In this document: positions 38,287 through 48,585 of the stretch, in pieces
How the letters are laid out: the number at the start of each line of letters is the position of its first letter
Position numbering within the stretch: the first letter of the stretch is position 1
NCBI GenBank assembly: GCA_049570475.1
Contig: CP186953.1
Span: forward strand, 416,001 to 480,000
Origin: Candidatus Methanosuratincola verstraetei
Lineage (GTDB): Archaea > Thermoproteota > Methanomethylicia > Methanomethylicales > Methanomethylicaceae
Direction of reading: 5' to 3'
DNA length: 64,000 bases
Position numbers and translations under genes: made by a program
The notes under the pieces: model-generated
What the model saw: the letters and a program-made list of their open reading frames with translations, nothing else
Databases searched by the model: none
Told to the model about the DNA's origin: nothing

Positions 38287-40707
38287 TTGGAGAGGTTTGT
38301 CTGCATCCACGGGCACTTCTACCAGCCGCCGCGGGAGAACCCATGGCTCGAAGAGGTCGAGGCACAAGAGTCGGCCCACCCATACCACGATTGGAACCAA
38401 AGGGTGACCGCAGAGTGCTACGCCCCGAACACAGCCTCCAGGATCATTGGTCCCGACCGCAGGATAGTCGACATAGTGAACAACTACTCGATGATCAGCT
38501 TCAACTTCGGTCCGACTTTGCTCTCATGGATGGAAAGGAACGCCCGAGAGACGTATGAGGCGATACTGGAAGCGGACATGAGGAGCAAGAAGGAGTTCTC
38601 CGGGCACGGATCTGCGATCGCGCAGGCGTACAGCCACATGATAATGCCGCTCGCGAGCCAGAGGGACAGGCTCACACAGGTCAGGTGGGGTGTGGCGGAC
38701 TTCAAGGCGAGGTTCAGGAGGGACCCGGAGGGGATGTGGCTCCCCGAGACCGCGGTGGACACGCCGACCCTCGAGGCCCTCGCTCATGAGGGGATCAAGT
38801 TCACGATCCTAGCGCCCCACCAGGCGAAGAGGGTGAGGAGATCAGGCGAAGGCGAATGGAAGGAGGTGCGCAACGGAACCCTCTGCACCAACCGCCCCTA
38901 TTTGTGCAGGCTCCCCTCTGGGAAGACGATCAGCATCTTCTTCTACAACGAGGCGATTTCGAAGGAGGTGGCATTCGGCGGGCTCCTGAACGACGGCGAG
39001 GCATTCGCAAAGAGGATAATTTCAGGGTTCACAGAGGATCACGGGAGCCAGATCTTGAGCATCGCGACTGACGGGGAGACCTATGGGCACCACCACAAAT
39101 TCGGGGAGATGGCCCTCTCATACTGCCTGCATTACATCAAGGCAAACAACCTTGCAAGGTTGACCAACTTTGGGGAGTTCCTCGAGAAGAGCCCGCCCCA
39201 GGACGAGGTCGAGATCGCGGAGAGGACCTCGTGGAGCTGCGAGCATGGCGTCGAGCGGTGGATGGATGAATGCGGCTGCAAGACAGGGGTTTGCCCGCTG
39301 CAGAAGTGGAGGAGGCCCCTCAGGGAGGCGATGGACTGGCTGAGGGACAATGCTGCCGAGGCTTACGAAAGCGAGATGAGAAAGTACTCGGAGAGACCGT
39401 GGGATGAAAGGGACAAATACATAGCCGTTGTCTTGGACCGATCGCCGGAGAATGTCGACCTCTTCTTCAAGAGGAATTTCAAGCCGGATCTCAGCAAGCA
39501 GGACAGGTCAAAAATCCTGAAATTGCTCGAGATGCAGCGGCACTCAATGCTAATGCAGACCAGCTGCGGCTGGTTCTTCGACGACATTTCGAGGATAGAG
39601 ACTGTCCAGATCATGAGGCATGCTGCCAGGGTCATCCAGCTCCTGAGGGAAGTCACCGGGAGGGACCTCGAGGAGGAGTACCTGGAGAGGCTCCGGGCGG
39701 CGAAGAGCAACTACAGCACACTCGGGGACGGGGCCAAGATTTACGAGGCATTCGTCATGCCGTCCAAAGTCAACCTGCCGCGGGTCGGGATACACCACGC
39801 GATATCGTCGATATTCAATGGTGAGAAAGGCGGCCCGCACAGGGTTTACTGCTACATCGTCGAGGACAAGGCATACGAGCGGCAGAGGGCGGGTAAGAAT
39901 GTACTGGTCACAGGGAACTCAAGGGTGACTTCAGCAATCACCCTGGAGGAGGACGAGATCTGGTACGCAGCCCTGTGGCTCGGGGACCACAACATATTCG
40001 GCGGAGTCAGGAGGCAGATGGGAGGCGAGGAATTCTCTGAGGCGCAGAGGGCGCTGCACGCCAGGTTCCAGGCAGGGGACGTCCAGAGGGCGATAAGCAT
40101 GATCGATCTCAATTTCGGGAAAGAGGGGTGCTCCTGCTCGCTATCGGACTTGTTCAAGGACAGGCAGATTGAGGTGCTCGAGAGGATCCTGGAAACATCG
40201 GTCGGGAGGGCCAGGTCGCAATTCCAGCAGGTCTACGAAGACAACCTCGCTGTCATGACCTACATGAAAGGGCTCTCGCTCAAGGTGCCGATAGCGCTGA
40301 GGGCTGCAGCTGAAGTCGTTTTGACCTACAACATGGTCGAGGCCCTCAGGGGGGAATCCGATCCAGGCGTTTTCGAGAGGCTAGCCGAGGAAGCAATGGG
40401 CCTGCAGATCGAACTCGACAAAGGGCTGATCGGGCTTGAGGCGAAGGGGCGAATCGAGCTCGAGCTGGGTCGGCTGGCGGAGAACCCAGAGGACTTGGGC
40501 AGGATGGAAAGGCTGGAGCGGCTCCTCAGGTCTGTGGAAAGGTTGCAGCTCGGGATCAATTACTGGCTTGCGCAGAACATGCTGTTCCAGATTATATCAA
40601 GATGGCAGGGGTACATGAAGGCAAGGGAGACCTCTGGCGATCCCAGCGCAGCCAGGTGGATTGAAAAGATCAGGTCTCTCGCAGAGCGTTTGGGGATAAA
40701 GGCTTGA
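38287..40707 (+). CDS. GH57 glycoside hydrolase with DUF3536 domain
   Basis: HGHFYQPPRENPW, WLPETAVD (nucleophile), ATDGETYGHH (acid/base), TSCGWFFD. Confidence 0.93.
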   Translation: MERFVCIHGHFYQPPRENPWLEEVEAQESAHPYHDWNQRVTAECYAPNTASRIIGPDRRIVDIVNNYSMISFNFGPTLLSWMERNARETYEAILEADMRSKKEFSGHGSAIAQAYSHMIMPLASQRDRLTQVRWGVADFKARFRRDPEGMWLPETAVDTPTLEALAHEGIKFTILAPHQAKRVRRSGEGEWKEVRNGTLCTNRPYLCRLPSGKTISIFFYNEAISKEVAFGGLLNDGEAFAKRIISGFTEDHGSQILSIATDGETYGHHHKFGEMALSYCLHYIKANNLARLTNFGEFLEKSPPQDEVEIAERTSWSCEHGVERWMDECGCKTGVCPLQKWRRPLREAMDWLRDNAAEAYESEMRKYSERPWDERDKYIAVVLDRSPENVDLFFKRNFKPDLSKQDRSKILKLLEMQRHSMLMQTSCGWFFDDISRIETVQIMRHAARVIQLLREVTGRDLEEEYLERLRAAKSNYSTLGDGAKIYEAFVMPSKVNLPRVGIHHAISSIFNGEKGGPHRVYCYIVEDKAYERQRAGKNVLVTGNSRVTSAITLEEDEIWYAALWLGDHNIFGGVRRQMGGEEFSEAQRALHARFQAGDVQRAISMIDLNFGKEGCSCSLSDLFKDRQIEVLERILETSVGRARSQFQQVYEDNLAVMTYMKGLSLKVPIALRAAAEVVLTYNMVEALRGESDPGVFERLAEEAMGLQIELDKGLIGLEAKGRIELELGRLAENPEDLGRMERLERLLRSVERLQLGINYWLAQNMLFQIISRWQGYMKARETSGDPSAARWIEKIRSLAERLGIKA

Positions 40708-40725
40708 TGGGCGGGGGCGGCGCGG

Positions 40726-42237
40726 TTGGGACCCTTAAGCGAAAGAGAGAGCGGGATACTTCTTCACCCCACCAGCCTCCCTTCGGAGTACGGCATAGGC
40801 GACTTTGGGCCGAAGGCATACCGTTTCGTTGAGCTGCTGGCGGAAGCAGGGCAGGGCTGCTGGCAGGTGCTGCCGCTCAACCCCACCAGCCCAGAATGCG
40901 GGAATTCGCCCTACATCTCAAGCTCTGGCTTCGCGCTGAACCCGCTTCTGATAAGCCCGGATTTGCTGGCAGCCGACGGGCTCCTTGAAAAAGGAGTGCT
41001 GGACGCGATCACGGTCCCCGAAACCGATAGGATCCAGTACAGGTCAGTCCACTCCGCAAAGCTTGAGATCCTCAAGAGGGCCTACAAGGAGTTCTCTAAA
41101 GAGAGGGGCGACTTTTCAGGCGATTATGAATCCTTCTGCGACCGGAACGCGTATTGGCTTGACGATTACGCGACCTTCACCGCGCTCAAGGAAGAATCCG
41201 GGCTCCCATGGCATCGCTGGCCAGAGGGGCTGAGGAAGAGGATGCCAGAGGAGCTCGAGCCTACAAAAAAGAGGCTCGAAGGGGCAGAATTCCACAGGTT
41301 CGTGCAGTACATCGCATACAGGCAGTGGTGGCGACTGAAAGAGCACTGCAAGAGGGAGGGGATCAGGGTGTTCGGCGACCTCCCTTTCTACGTGAGCCAT
41401 GACAGCGCCGATGTCTGGGCTAACCCTGAGCTGTTCAAGCTCGACGGCGATGGCAGGCCCCTCTTCGTCAGCGGGGTCCCTCCGGATTACTTCAGCAAAA
41501 CAGGGCAGCTTTGGGGGCACCCGGTCTACGACTGGGAAAGGTTGAGGGAGACTGGTTTCGAGTGGTGGATGCGGAGGATAGATCACAACTTGGAGATGTT
41601 CGACCTGGTCAGGATAGACCACTTCAGGGGGCTACTCGCGTACTGGGAAGTCCCCGGTACCGAGAAGACTGCGATGAACGGCAGGTGGGTAAAAGCCCCT
41701 TCAGAGGAGTTCTTCGAAACGCTCAGGAGGCGGTTCCCCTCCCTGCCCTTCGTGGCCGAGGACCTGGGGGTCATAACGGAGGACGTGAAGGCTGCGATCA
41801 AGGACCTCGGGATCCCTGGCATGAAAGTCCTGATCTTTGCTTTCGACGGGAAGCCAGACAACCCCTACCTCCCCGAGAACCACGAGGCCAACTCGGTCTC
41901 GTATACAGGGACTCATGACACGAACACTGTCAGGGGCTGGTTCAAGGAGGAGGCGACGCAGGAGGTGAAGGAAAACCTCTTCCGGTACCTCGGCAGGAGG
42001 GTAGGGGAGGATGAGATCAGCACGGAGATGGTGAGGCTGGCGATGGGATCGAGGTCAAGGCTCTGCATAGTCCCGATGCAGGACGTGCTGAACCTGGGGA
42101 GCGAAGCCAGGTTGAACGTGCCCTCGTCCCCCCTGAACAACTACCTCTGGAGGATGACGGGCGACCTCTTGGGCAAGGGGAGGCTTGCGGAGTTCGCCCA
42201 GATCACCCGAGAGTCGGGAAGATCGAGAATGCCCTGA
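40726..42237 (+). CDS. malQ: 4-alpha-glucanotransferase (GH77)
   Basis: SGILLHPTSLP, GVPPDYFS.TGQLWG, RIDHFRG, AEDLG, GTHD. Confidence 0.97.
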   Translation: MGPLSERESGILLHPTSLPSEYGIGDFGPKAYRFVELLAEAGQGCWQVLPLNPTSPECGNSPYISSSGFALNPLLISPDLLAADGLLEKGVLDAITVPETDRIQYRSVHSAKLEILKRAYKEFSKERGDFSGDYESFCDRNAYWLDDYATFTALKEESGLPWHRWPEGLRKRMPEELEPTKKRLEGAEFHRFVQYIAYRQWWRLKEHCKREGIRVFGDLPFYVSHDSADVWANPELFKLDGDGRPLFVSGVPPDYFSKTGQLWGHPVYDWERLRETGFEWWMRRIDHNLEMFDLVRIDHFRGLLAYWEVPGTEKTAMNGRWVKAPSEEFFETLRRRFPSLPFVAEDLGVITEDVKAAIKDLGIPGMKVLIFAFDGKPDNPYLPENHEANSVSYTGTHDTNTVRGWFKEEATQEVKENLFRYLGRRVGEDEISTEMVRLAMGSRSRLCIVPMQDVLNLGSEARLNVPSSPLNNYLWRMTGDLLGKGRLAEFAQITRESGRSRMP

Positions 42238-42592
42238 GAAAAGCGTCATCCAGGAAGGATCTCTTTAGACGATCCTTAGGCAGCCAGCCGCAGCAAACTG
42301 TTTGCAATGCGCTGACACTGGAGAATTCACCAAAAACATGCTCTCGACAATAATCGGAGGGGATGGGATAGACGCAAGAACTCCGAGATCAAGATGGCTC
42401 AGGGGATTTGAGGTCCTGAAAGGCATAGGACTTTAAATCAAGCCACGATTGGACCAGCACAAAACCCCAAATCCACTTTGTAGAGAAGGCATTTTGTGAG
42501 CTGGTGTGAGGTTGACAACAGCACGAGGAACACATGGATCCCAATAAAAGGCATATTGGCAATATATGATACCAAAGGGGGGCTGGATTGAC

Positions 42593-44539
42593 ATGAAGGC
42601 TGGGAGAGATTTCGGGCCCAAGATCGTGCAGGCGCATTCGCTGCTGACTGATTTCGACATTTACCTCTTCAGGCAAGGCAAGCACAGCAGGCTCTACGAT
42701 AAGCTTGGTGCGCACCTGACCGTGTTGGACGGGGAACAGGGGACACAGTTCGGGGTCTGGGCGCCGAACGCGGACAGGGTCTTCGTGATTGGGGACTTCA
42801 ACGGCTGGAAGAACGAACACAGCCTCTTGCCTAGGGATGACGGTTCAGGGATATGGGAGGGTTTCCTGCCAGGGGTCGGGAAAGGGGCTCTTTACAAGTA
42901 TAGGATCGTCTGCAAGGACGGGCGTTGCCTCGACAAGGCCGACCCTTTTGCATTCAGGTCAGAGGTCCCACCTGCCACAGCCTCAATTGTCTGGGAACTT
43001 GGGTATGAATGGTCGGACGGGGAGTGGATGAAAAGCCGAGGGGAGCGCAACTCGCTCAGGTCCCCGATATCGATCTACGAGTGCCACCTTGGGTCTTGGA
43101 GGAGGAAGGGTGACGGCTCCTGGCTCACCTATTCCGAGCTGTCAGAGGAGATCCCGAAGTATCTAAAGGAGTCAGGGTTCACCCACCTCGAGCTGCTTCC
43201 AGTAATGGAGCACCCCTTCTATGGATCCTGGGGGTACCAGACCACAGGCTACTTTGCGCCGACAGGGAGGTATGGGGATCCCCAGGGCCTGATGCGCCTC
43301 ATCGACAGGGTCCACCAGGCTGGGAAAGGGGTCTATTTGGACTGGGTCCCCTCCCACTTCCCCACCGACGCCCACGGTCTGGGGTACTTCGACGGGACGC
43401 ACCTCTACGAGTACGAGGACCCGAGGAAGAGGTGGCACCCGGACTGGAGGAGCTACATCTTCGATTACGGGAAGAACGAGGTCAGGTCTTTCCTGATCAG
43501 CAGCGCGGCATTCTGGCTGGACAAGTACCACGCTGACGGGCTGAGGGTCGATGCGGTCGCCTCGATGCTGTATCTCGACTACTCGAGGAGGGAGGGCGAG
43601 TGGGCCCCGAACGAGCACGGGGGGAGGGAGAACCTGGAGGCGATATCATTCATCAGGGACCTGAACGAGGCGGTCTACAGGGAGTTTCCGGATGCCCAGA
43701 TGATAGCCGAGGAGTCCACAGCCTGGCCCATGGTCTCCAGGCCGACCTACTCGGGCGGGCTCGGCTTCGGGATGAAGTGGAACATGGGTTGGATGCACGA
43801 CACGCTCGATTACTTCTCAAAGGACCCGATATTCAGGAAATACCACCACAACGAGATAACCTTCAGCATCTGGTACGCATTCTCGGAGAATTTCGTGCTG
43901 CCCCTCTCCCACGACGAAGTGGTCTACGGGAAGCGCTCGCTCCTCGGTAAGATGCCAGGAGACGACTGGCAGAAGTTCGCCAACCTGAGGCTCCTCCTCG
44001 GGTACATGTACGCGCACCCGGGGAAGAAGCTGATATTCATGGGGGGGGAGTTCGGGCAGCGGAACGAATGGTACCACGAAAGGGGGCTCGACTGGCACCT
44101 GCTCGCTTACCCGATGCATGCAGGGGTGAGGAGGTGGGTGGAAGACCTGAACTCGACGTACGCGACGGAGGCGGCGCTGCACGAGCTCGACTTCGATCAG
44201 GGAGGCTTCGAGTGGGTGGACTTCAGGGACTATGAGCAGAGCGTCATAAGCTTTGAGAGGAAGGGCAGGTCTGGGGAGGTCGTTCTGGTCGTCTGCAACT
44301 TCACCCCGGTGCCGAGGGAAAACTACCGGGTCGGAGTCGGCAGGCCGGGGAGGTGGCGGGAGCTGCTGAACAGCGACGCGGTTCCATACGGCGGTTCAGG
44401 CTGGGGCAACTTCGGCGGCGTCGAGGCTGAGGAGGCCGAGGCTCACGGGCGGAGATATTCGCTCCGCTTGACTTTGCCTCCGCTCGGGGTGCTGTACCTC
44501 AAGCCCGTGGAGTCTGGGAGTGCAGATCGCGGGAGCTGA
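42593..44539 (+). CDS. glgB: 1,4-alpha-glucan branching enzyme (GH13, bacterial type)
   Basis: [35 protein letters not shown]. Confidence 0.97.
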   Translation: MKAGRDFGPKIVQAHSLLTDFDIYLFRQGKHSRLYDKLGAHLTVLDGEQGTQFGVWAPNADRVFVIGDFNGWKNEHSLLPRDDGSGIWEGFLPGVGKGALYKYRIVCKDGRCLDKADPFAFRSEVPPATASIVWELGYEWSDGEWMKSRGERNSLRSPISIYECHLGSWRRKGDGSWLTYSELSEEIPKYLKESGFTHLELLPVMEHPFYGSWGYQTTGYFAPTGRYGDPQGLMRLIDRVHQAGKGVYLDWVPSHFPTDAHGLGYFDGTHLYEYEDPRKRWHPDWRSYIFDYGKNEVRSFLISSAAFWLDKYHADGLRVDAVASMLYLDYSRREGEWAPNEHGGRENLEAISFIRDLNEAVYREFPDAQMIAEESTAWPMVSRPTYSGGLGFGMKWNMGWMHDTLDYFSKDPIFRKYHHNEITFSIWYAFSENFVLPLSHDEVVYGKRSLLGKMPGDDWQKFANLRLLLGYMYAHPGKKLIFMGGEFGQRNEWYHERGLDWHLLAYPMHAGVRRWVEDLNSTYATEAALHELDFDQGGFEWVDFRDYEQSVISFERKGRSGEVVLVVCNFTPVPRENYRVGVGRPGRWRELLNSDAVPYGGSGWGNFGGVEAEEAEAHGRRYSLRLTLPPLGVLYLKPVESGSADRGS

Positions 44540-44627
44540 CATGCCATACCCGATAAGGCATCCGAGTCCTCTTCAACCCCCATAGCGATCACAACTTATT
44601 TTAGAGCCCCCGCCTTGATCATTTACT

Positions 44628-44870
44628 ATGAATGACATCTACGAGCTGGCTCCTTCGATGAGGCTCCTCATAGCCATGCACAACGTCTCCTCGGTGGACC
44701 CAGCGACTGCCAAGAGCCTCGATGAGCTGAGGATCGCATCAGGCATGTCCGAGCCCGAGCTCCAGAATGCTGTGAGGGAGCTGCTATCCTACGGGTACGT
44801 GGAGTGCAAGGGTAAAGGCTACTACCTTAGCAGGCTCGGCATATGCGTGATAAGGAGCGTCTACACCTAG
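44628..44870 (+). CDS. small winged-helix protein
   Basis: KSLDEL...SGM...EL...VRELL.YGYV...YYLS..G pattern. Confidence 0.7.
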   Translation: MNDIYELAPSMRLLIAMHNVSSVDPATAKSLDELRIASGMSEPELQNAVRELLSYGYVECKGKGYYLSRLGICVIRSVYT

Positions 44871-44878
44871 CCCGGGTA

Positions 44879-45472
44879 ATGAAGATGAGGGCAGTAATGC
44901 ACATAAGCTGGGAATACCCGCCCTGGGTCGTCGGCGGCCTTTCTCAGGAGCTGAAATCGCTCCTCCCTGAGATCGCCAAGAGGGTAAGGACCATGCTTGT
45001 TGTGAGGGGCGACACGGACGGCGTGACCGAGGAGGAAGGGGTTCGGATCTTCAAGTCAGCCTCGTCGATCAGGAGCAGCCCCCACATACTCGCATACATA
45101 CATGCCCTCAATATCGACCTCCTGAGGGGGGCCTCGGCAGCGATCCATGAGGAAGGCAGCGTCCCCCTCGTGCACACACACGACTGGGTGAGCGGGATCG
45201 CAGGGGTCTACATCAAGGCCTGCTTCGGGGCCCCCCTGGTGACTTCAGTCTACACAACAGAGCTGACCAGATCAAAGGCACTGGGTTCTCTGCTCAGCAT
45301 GGGGATCTTCGACATCGAGAGGCACTGTTTCAACAGGTCTGACCTCGTAGTCGTCAAGTCGCCTGAGATGAAAGAGCACCTGAAAGAGAATTTCGGGCTG
45401 GATGGCGGCAAGATAGCCTTAGCAAGGAACGCCGATGAACTGATGGAGGCATACAGGGGGATCCAGGGATGA
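44879..45472 (+). CDS. GT4 N-terminal-domain-only protein
   Basis: WEYPP.VVGGL and HTHDW present; no C-terminal donor-binding domain; ATGA overlap with the next gene. Confidence 0.8.
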   Translation: MKMRAVMHISWEYPPWVVGGLSQELKSLLPEIAKRVRTMLVVRGDTDGVTEEEGVRIFKSASSIRSSPHILAYIHALNIDLLRGASAAIHEEGSVPLVHTHDWVSGIAGVYIKACFGAPLVTSVYTTELTRSKALGSLLSMGIFDIERHCFNRSDLVVVKSPEMKEHLKENFGLDGGKIALARNADELMEAYRGIQG

Positions 45473-46635
45473 GGATCCTTACAATAACATGGGAGTATCC
45501 GCCCCACATAGTCGGGGGGCTGGGCAGGCATGTCCACAACCTTTCGATCCACCTGGCCTCTAAGGGCGCCGACGTGACGGTCCTGAGCTTCACCGATGGA
45601 ACCTCCGAGAGGCATGAGAGGGCTGACGGCGTTGAGATCGTAAGGGTGAACCCATATGTCATGCGCTATCCAGACTTCGTATCATGGATAGAGGGGCTGA
45701 ACATGCTGATGGTCGAGAGGGCAGCTGATCTTGGGAGTTTCGACCTAATACATGTCCACGACTGGCTGACTGCATATTCTGGGATTGCGCTCAAGCACAT
45801 GTGGAGGCGCCCCCTCGTGGCCACGATACACGCAACGGAGCTGGGAAGGAGGAAGGTGCTCTCCAACGACAGCGAGAGGCACATCCATGAGATGGAGTGG
45901 TGGCTCGCCTACGAGGCATGGAGGGTCATATGCTGCAGCAAGTACATGATGAACGAGGTCCACTCGAGCCTCGGTTGCCCGATCGACAAGATCTCTGTCA
46001 TTCACAACGGATATGACCCGAAGTTGGCGAGAGCAAATAGCGCAGGCATGAGCAAAAAAGACAGCAGAACCGTGCTCTTCGTCGGGAGGCTCGTCTATGA
46101 GAAAGGACCGCACCTGCTTGTGGAGGCGGCCAGCCTCCTCAAGGACTGCAGGGTGATCATAGTCGGCGACGGCGCGATGAGGCCCTACCTCGAGGGGCTC
46201 GCCAGGAAACTGGGCGTGAGCGACAGGGTGACTTTCACGGGTCACGTTGACGACGAGACCCTGCTCTCGATTTACGAAGAGGCGTCGGTGCTGGTCATAC
46301 CAAGCCTCTACGAGCCGTTCGGGATAGTGGTCCTTGAGGCCATGTCGCTCGGGATCCCCGTGATCGTTTCGAACACTGGGGGGCTCGACGAGATAATCAC
46401 GGATGGGAGGGACGGTCTCAAGTTCCAATCCGGTTCTCCGGAGGAGCTCGCAAAGGCAATCGCCAGGATCCTTGACGATGAGGGGCTGAGGGCAAGGCTG
46501 GTCGAGAACGCCAAGTCCAGGGCAAAGGAGTTCTCCTGGAAGACGACCGCAGACCAGACCCTCAAGCTGTACAAGAAAGTCTTGGAGGAGTACAACGCCA
46601 ACGACTGGAAGCCGAAGGCGAGCGCCCGATGGTGA
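45469..46635 (+). CDS. GT4 glycosyltransferase, glycogen synthase-like
   Basis: WEYPPHIVGGLG, HDW, HATE.GR, GRLVYEKG, EPFGIVVLE. Confidence 0.9.
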   Translation: MRILTITWEYPPHIVGGLGRHVHNLSIHLASKGADVTVLSFTDGTSERHERADGVEIVRVNPYVMRYPDFVSWIEGLNMLMVERAADLGSFDLIHVHDWLTAYSGIALKHMWRRPLVATIHATELGRRKVLSNDSERHIHEMEWWLAYEAWRVICCSKYMMNEVHSSLGCPIDKISVIHNGYDPKLARANSAGMSKKDSRTVLFVGRLVYEKGPHLLVEAASLLKDCRVIIVGDGAMRPYLEGLARKLGVSDRVTFTGHVDDETLLSIYEEASVLVIPSLYEPFGIVVLEAMSLGIPVIVSNTGGLDEIITDGRDGLKFQSGSPEELAKAIARILDDEGLRARLVENAKSRAKEFSWKTTADQTLKLYKKVLEEYNANDWKPKASARW

Positions 46636-47609
46636 TGAGACGCGCGGTGGGGCTGGACATAGGGGGCAGCTGGATCAGGGCCGCCCTTGGAGACCAAAGC
46701 GGCAGGATCTTGAGGAGATCCGTCCGGAGGGTGGCGCGGGGGAGCCCTGACCAGTTCATTTCGGAGGTGATCGGCATAATCAAGGACGTCTGCAGCGGGG
46801 ATTTTGGGGAAGTCGAGGGAATAGGCGTCGGCGCCGCAGGGAGGCTTGACTTGAGGAAGGGATCGATCGAGTTCTCGCCCCACGCATCGCTCAAGAGCGT
46901 GCCGATCAAGGACGCAATTGAGGCAGAGTTCAGGAGGGGGGCAGTTGTTTTGAACGACTGCGTGGCTGCAGCCGTGGCCGAGGGGGCGGTCGGTGCAGGG
47001 AGGGGGATCGGGAACCTAGTCTACGTCGGGATCGGCACTGGGATCGGCGCGGGCATAATCGCTGACGGCAGGATCCTGCTCGGGAAGGACGGGAATGCCC
47101 ATGAGGTAGGCCACATGATAATCGATCTGGAGGGGAGGCTCAAATGCAACTGCGGCGGCCTCGGCCACTGGGAAGCATATACGTCGGGGAGCGGCATCCC
47201 CAAGTTGGCAAGATACCTTTCAGAGGGATTTTCCGGGGCGAGCAGGCTTGCCGAAATGGTTAGGGCAGTGAGCGGGGAGGGTGTCGAGGCGAAAGAAGTC
47301 TTCAGCGCAGCTTACGGGGGCGACCCATTCGCAAAGCTCGTGATCGGGAGGGCGGCAGAGATCAACGCCAAGGCGTTCGCGAACCTCGTGAACCTGTACG
47401 ACCCCGAGGCGATCACGGTCGGGGGAGGGCTTGCCCTGAAGAACCCCTCCCTGACAGTCGATCCCGTTGCTGAGTCGCTCCCCCGGCTTTGCTTCAACGC
47501 ACCCCCAAAGGTGATGCTGACCCCGCTGGGGCAAGACGCCCCCCTCGTGGGCGCTCTGCTCTCGGCGTTCGGTTCCGTGCGCTCAAAGATGATCCCCCAG
47601 ATGGGGTGA
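46629..47609 (+). CDS. ROK family sugar kinase (glucokinase)
   Basis: DIGGS, ND, GTGIGAG, EVGH, CNCG..GHWE. Confidence 0.93.
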   Translation: MVMRRAVGLDIGGSWIRAALGDQSGRILRRSVRRVARGSPDQFISEVIGIIKDVCSGDFGEVEGIGVGAAGRLDLRKGSIEFSPHASLKSVPIKDAIEAEFRRGAVVLNDCVAAAVAEGAVGAGRGIGNLVYVGIGTGIGAGIIADGRILLGKDGNAHEVGHMIIDLEGRLKCNCGGLGHWEAYTSGSGIPKLARYLSEGFSGASRLAEMVRAVSGEGVEAKEVFSAAYGGDPFAKLVIGRAAEINAKAFANLVNLYDPEAITVGGGLALKNPSLTVDPVAESLPRLCFNAPPKVMLTPLGQDAPLVGALLSAFGSVRSKMIPQMG

Positions 47610-48569
47610 TCAGAAGAAGCCCCTGAGCGCCGCGGCGTACTCCTCCGGGAACTCGGTCAGGCCCACCTCGCTTCCGTAAAGCTCTAGGAATGCCCTGTCG
47701 CACCCTATGCGCCTGGACCTGCCCATGATCCTCGCGTGCAGCCTGAATGCGCCATCCCCATGCCCTGGGGGCAGGGAGAAGACGCCCATTGTGACAGACC
47801 TGATGCCCAGCGCCCAGTACCCGCGCAGGATCCTGGAGATGCCCTCCGCCAGGCCTAGGACGGATTCCCTTTCGAGCCCGAGGAGCGAGGTCGAATCCTC
47901 TTCGAGGACACCGATCACCTCGCATGCCCCTGTAGGGGCCCACGGCGCGACCCAGGTGAACCCGCGGGTCTTCCCGACGTACCTGGGGGAGCTGACCTCC
48001 GACTCGAGCAAATCGTCCCAGAAAGATCTCGATCCCTTCGCGCGGTACGAGATGCACGAGGCGAGGCACTCCTTGAGGGAGGAGACTGGGGACTTTCCTG
48101 CGATCACCTGGAAGTGCGGGTGCAGTATCGATGCGCCTGCCTGGCCGAGGTGGTTCCAGCCCAAAAAGTGGAAGGGGCATCCCCTCTCGTCGGCTGCCCT
48201 GGCGAAGGCTGCGGATGCCGCTATCCCGTCTGCGAGCTCCTCAGGGCTGTAGGCGTTGATTCCCAACTTGTGCTCCGGTGTGAATACGACCACGCTGTGC
48301 ATGGACGAGAGCGGGTACATGTTCGGGAAGGCGACTGCCCTGCCCACCCTTATCCTGCCGGATTGGCAGAAATCCGGGGCGAATGCAGGGGTCGAGATCT
48401 CAAGGTTCTCTGGGCAGAAGGGGCAGCCCTTTGCGGCCTCAGGGACGGGCATTGCCTCCTGCTGCCTCGGCCTCCCCTGCCTTGCCCGGTTTATCCTGGC
48501 TACGGCGCCGGTCAGGGGATCTGTGCGGACTTCGACCTCGCAGGGGGCGGCGGCCCCGGTGCCTGGCAT
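47610..48569 (-). CDS. GalT-like hexose-1-phosphate nucleotidyltransferase (HIT superfamily)
   Basis: R.DPLTG, CPFCP, FPNMYP, GASILHPHFQ. Confidence 0.87.
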   Translation of the reverse strand: MPGTGAAAPCEVEVRTDPLTGAVARINRARQGRPRQQEAMPVPEAAKGCPFCPENLEISTPAFAPDFCQSGRIRVGRAVAFPNMYPLSSMHSVVVFTPEHKLGINAYSPEELADGIAASAAFARAADERGCPFHFLGWNHLGQAGASILHPHFQVIAGKSPVSSLKECLASCISYRAKGSRSFWDDLLESEVSSPRYVGKTRGFTWVAPWAPTGACEVIGVLEEDSTSLLGLERESVLGLAEGISRILRGYWALGIRSVTMGVFSLPPGHGDGAFRLHARIMGRSRRIGCDRAFLELYGSEVGLTEFPEEYAAALRGFF

Positions 48570-48585
48570 CCGGATCTCCGATCGC

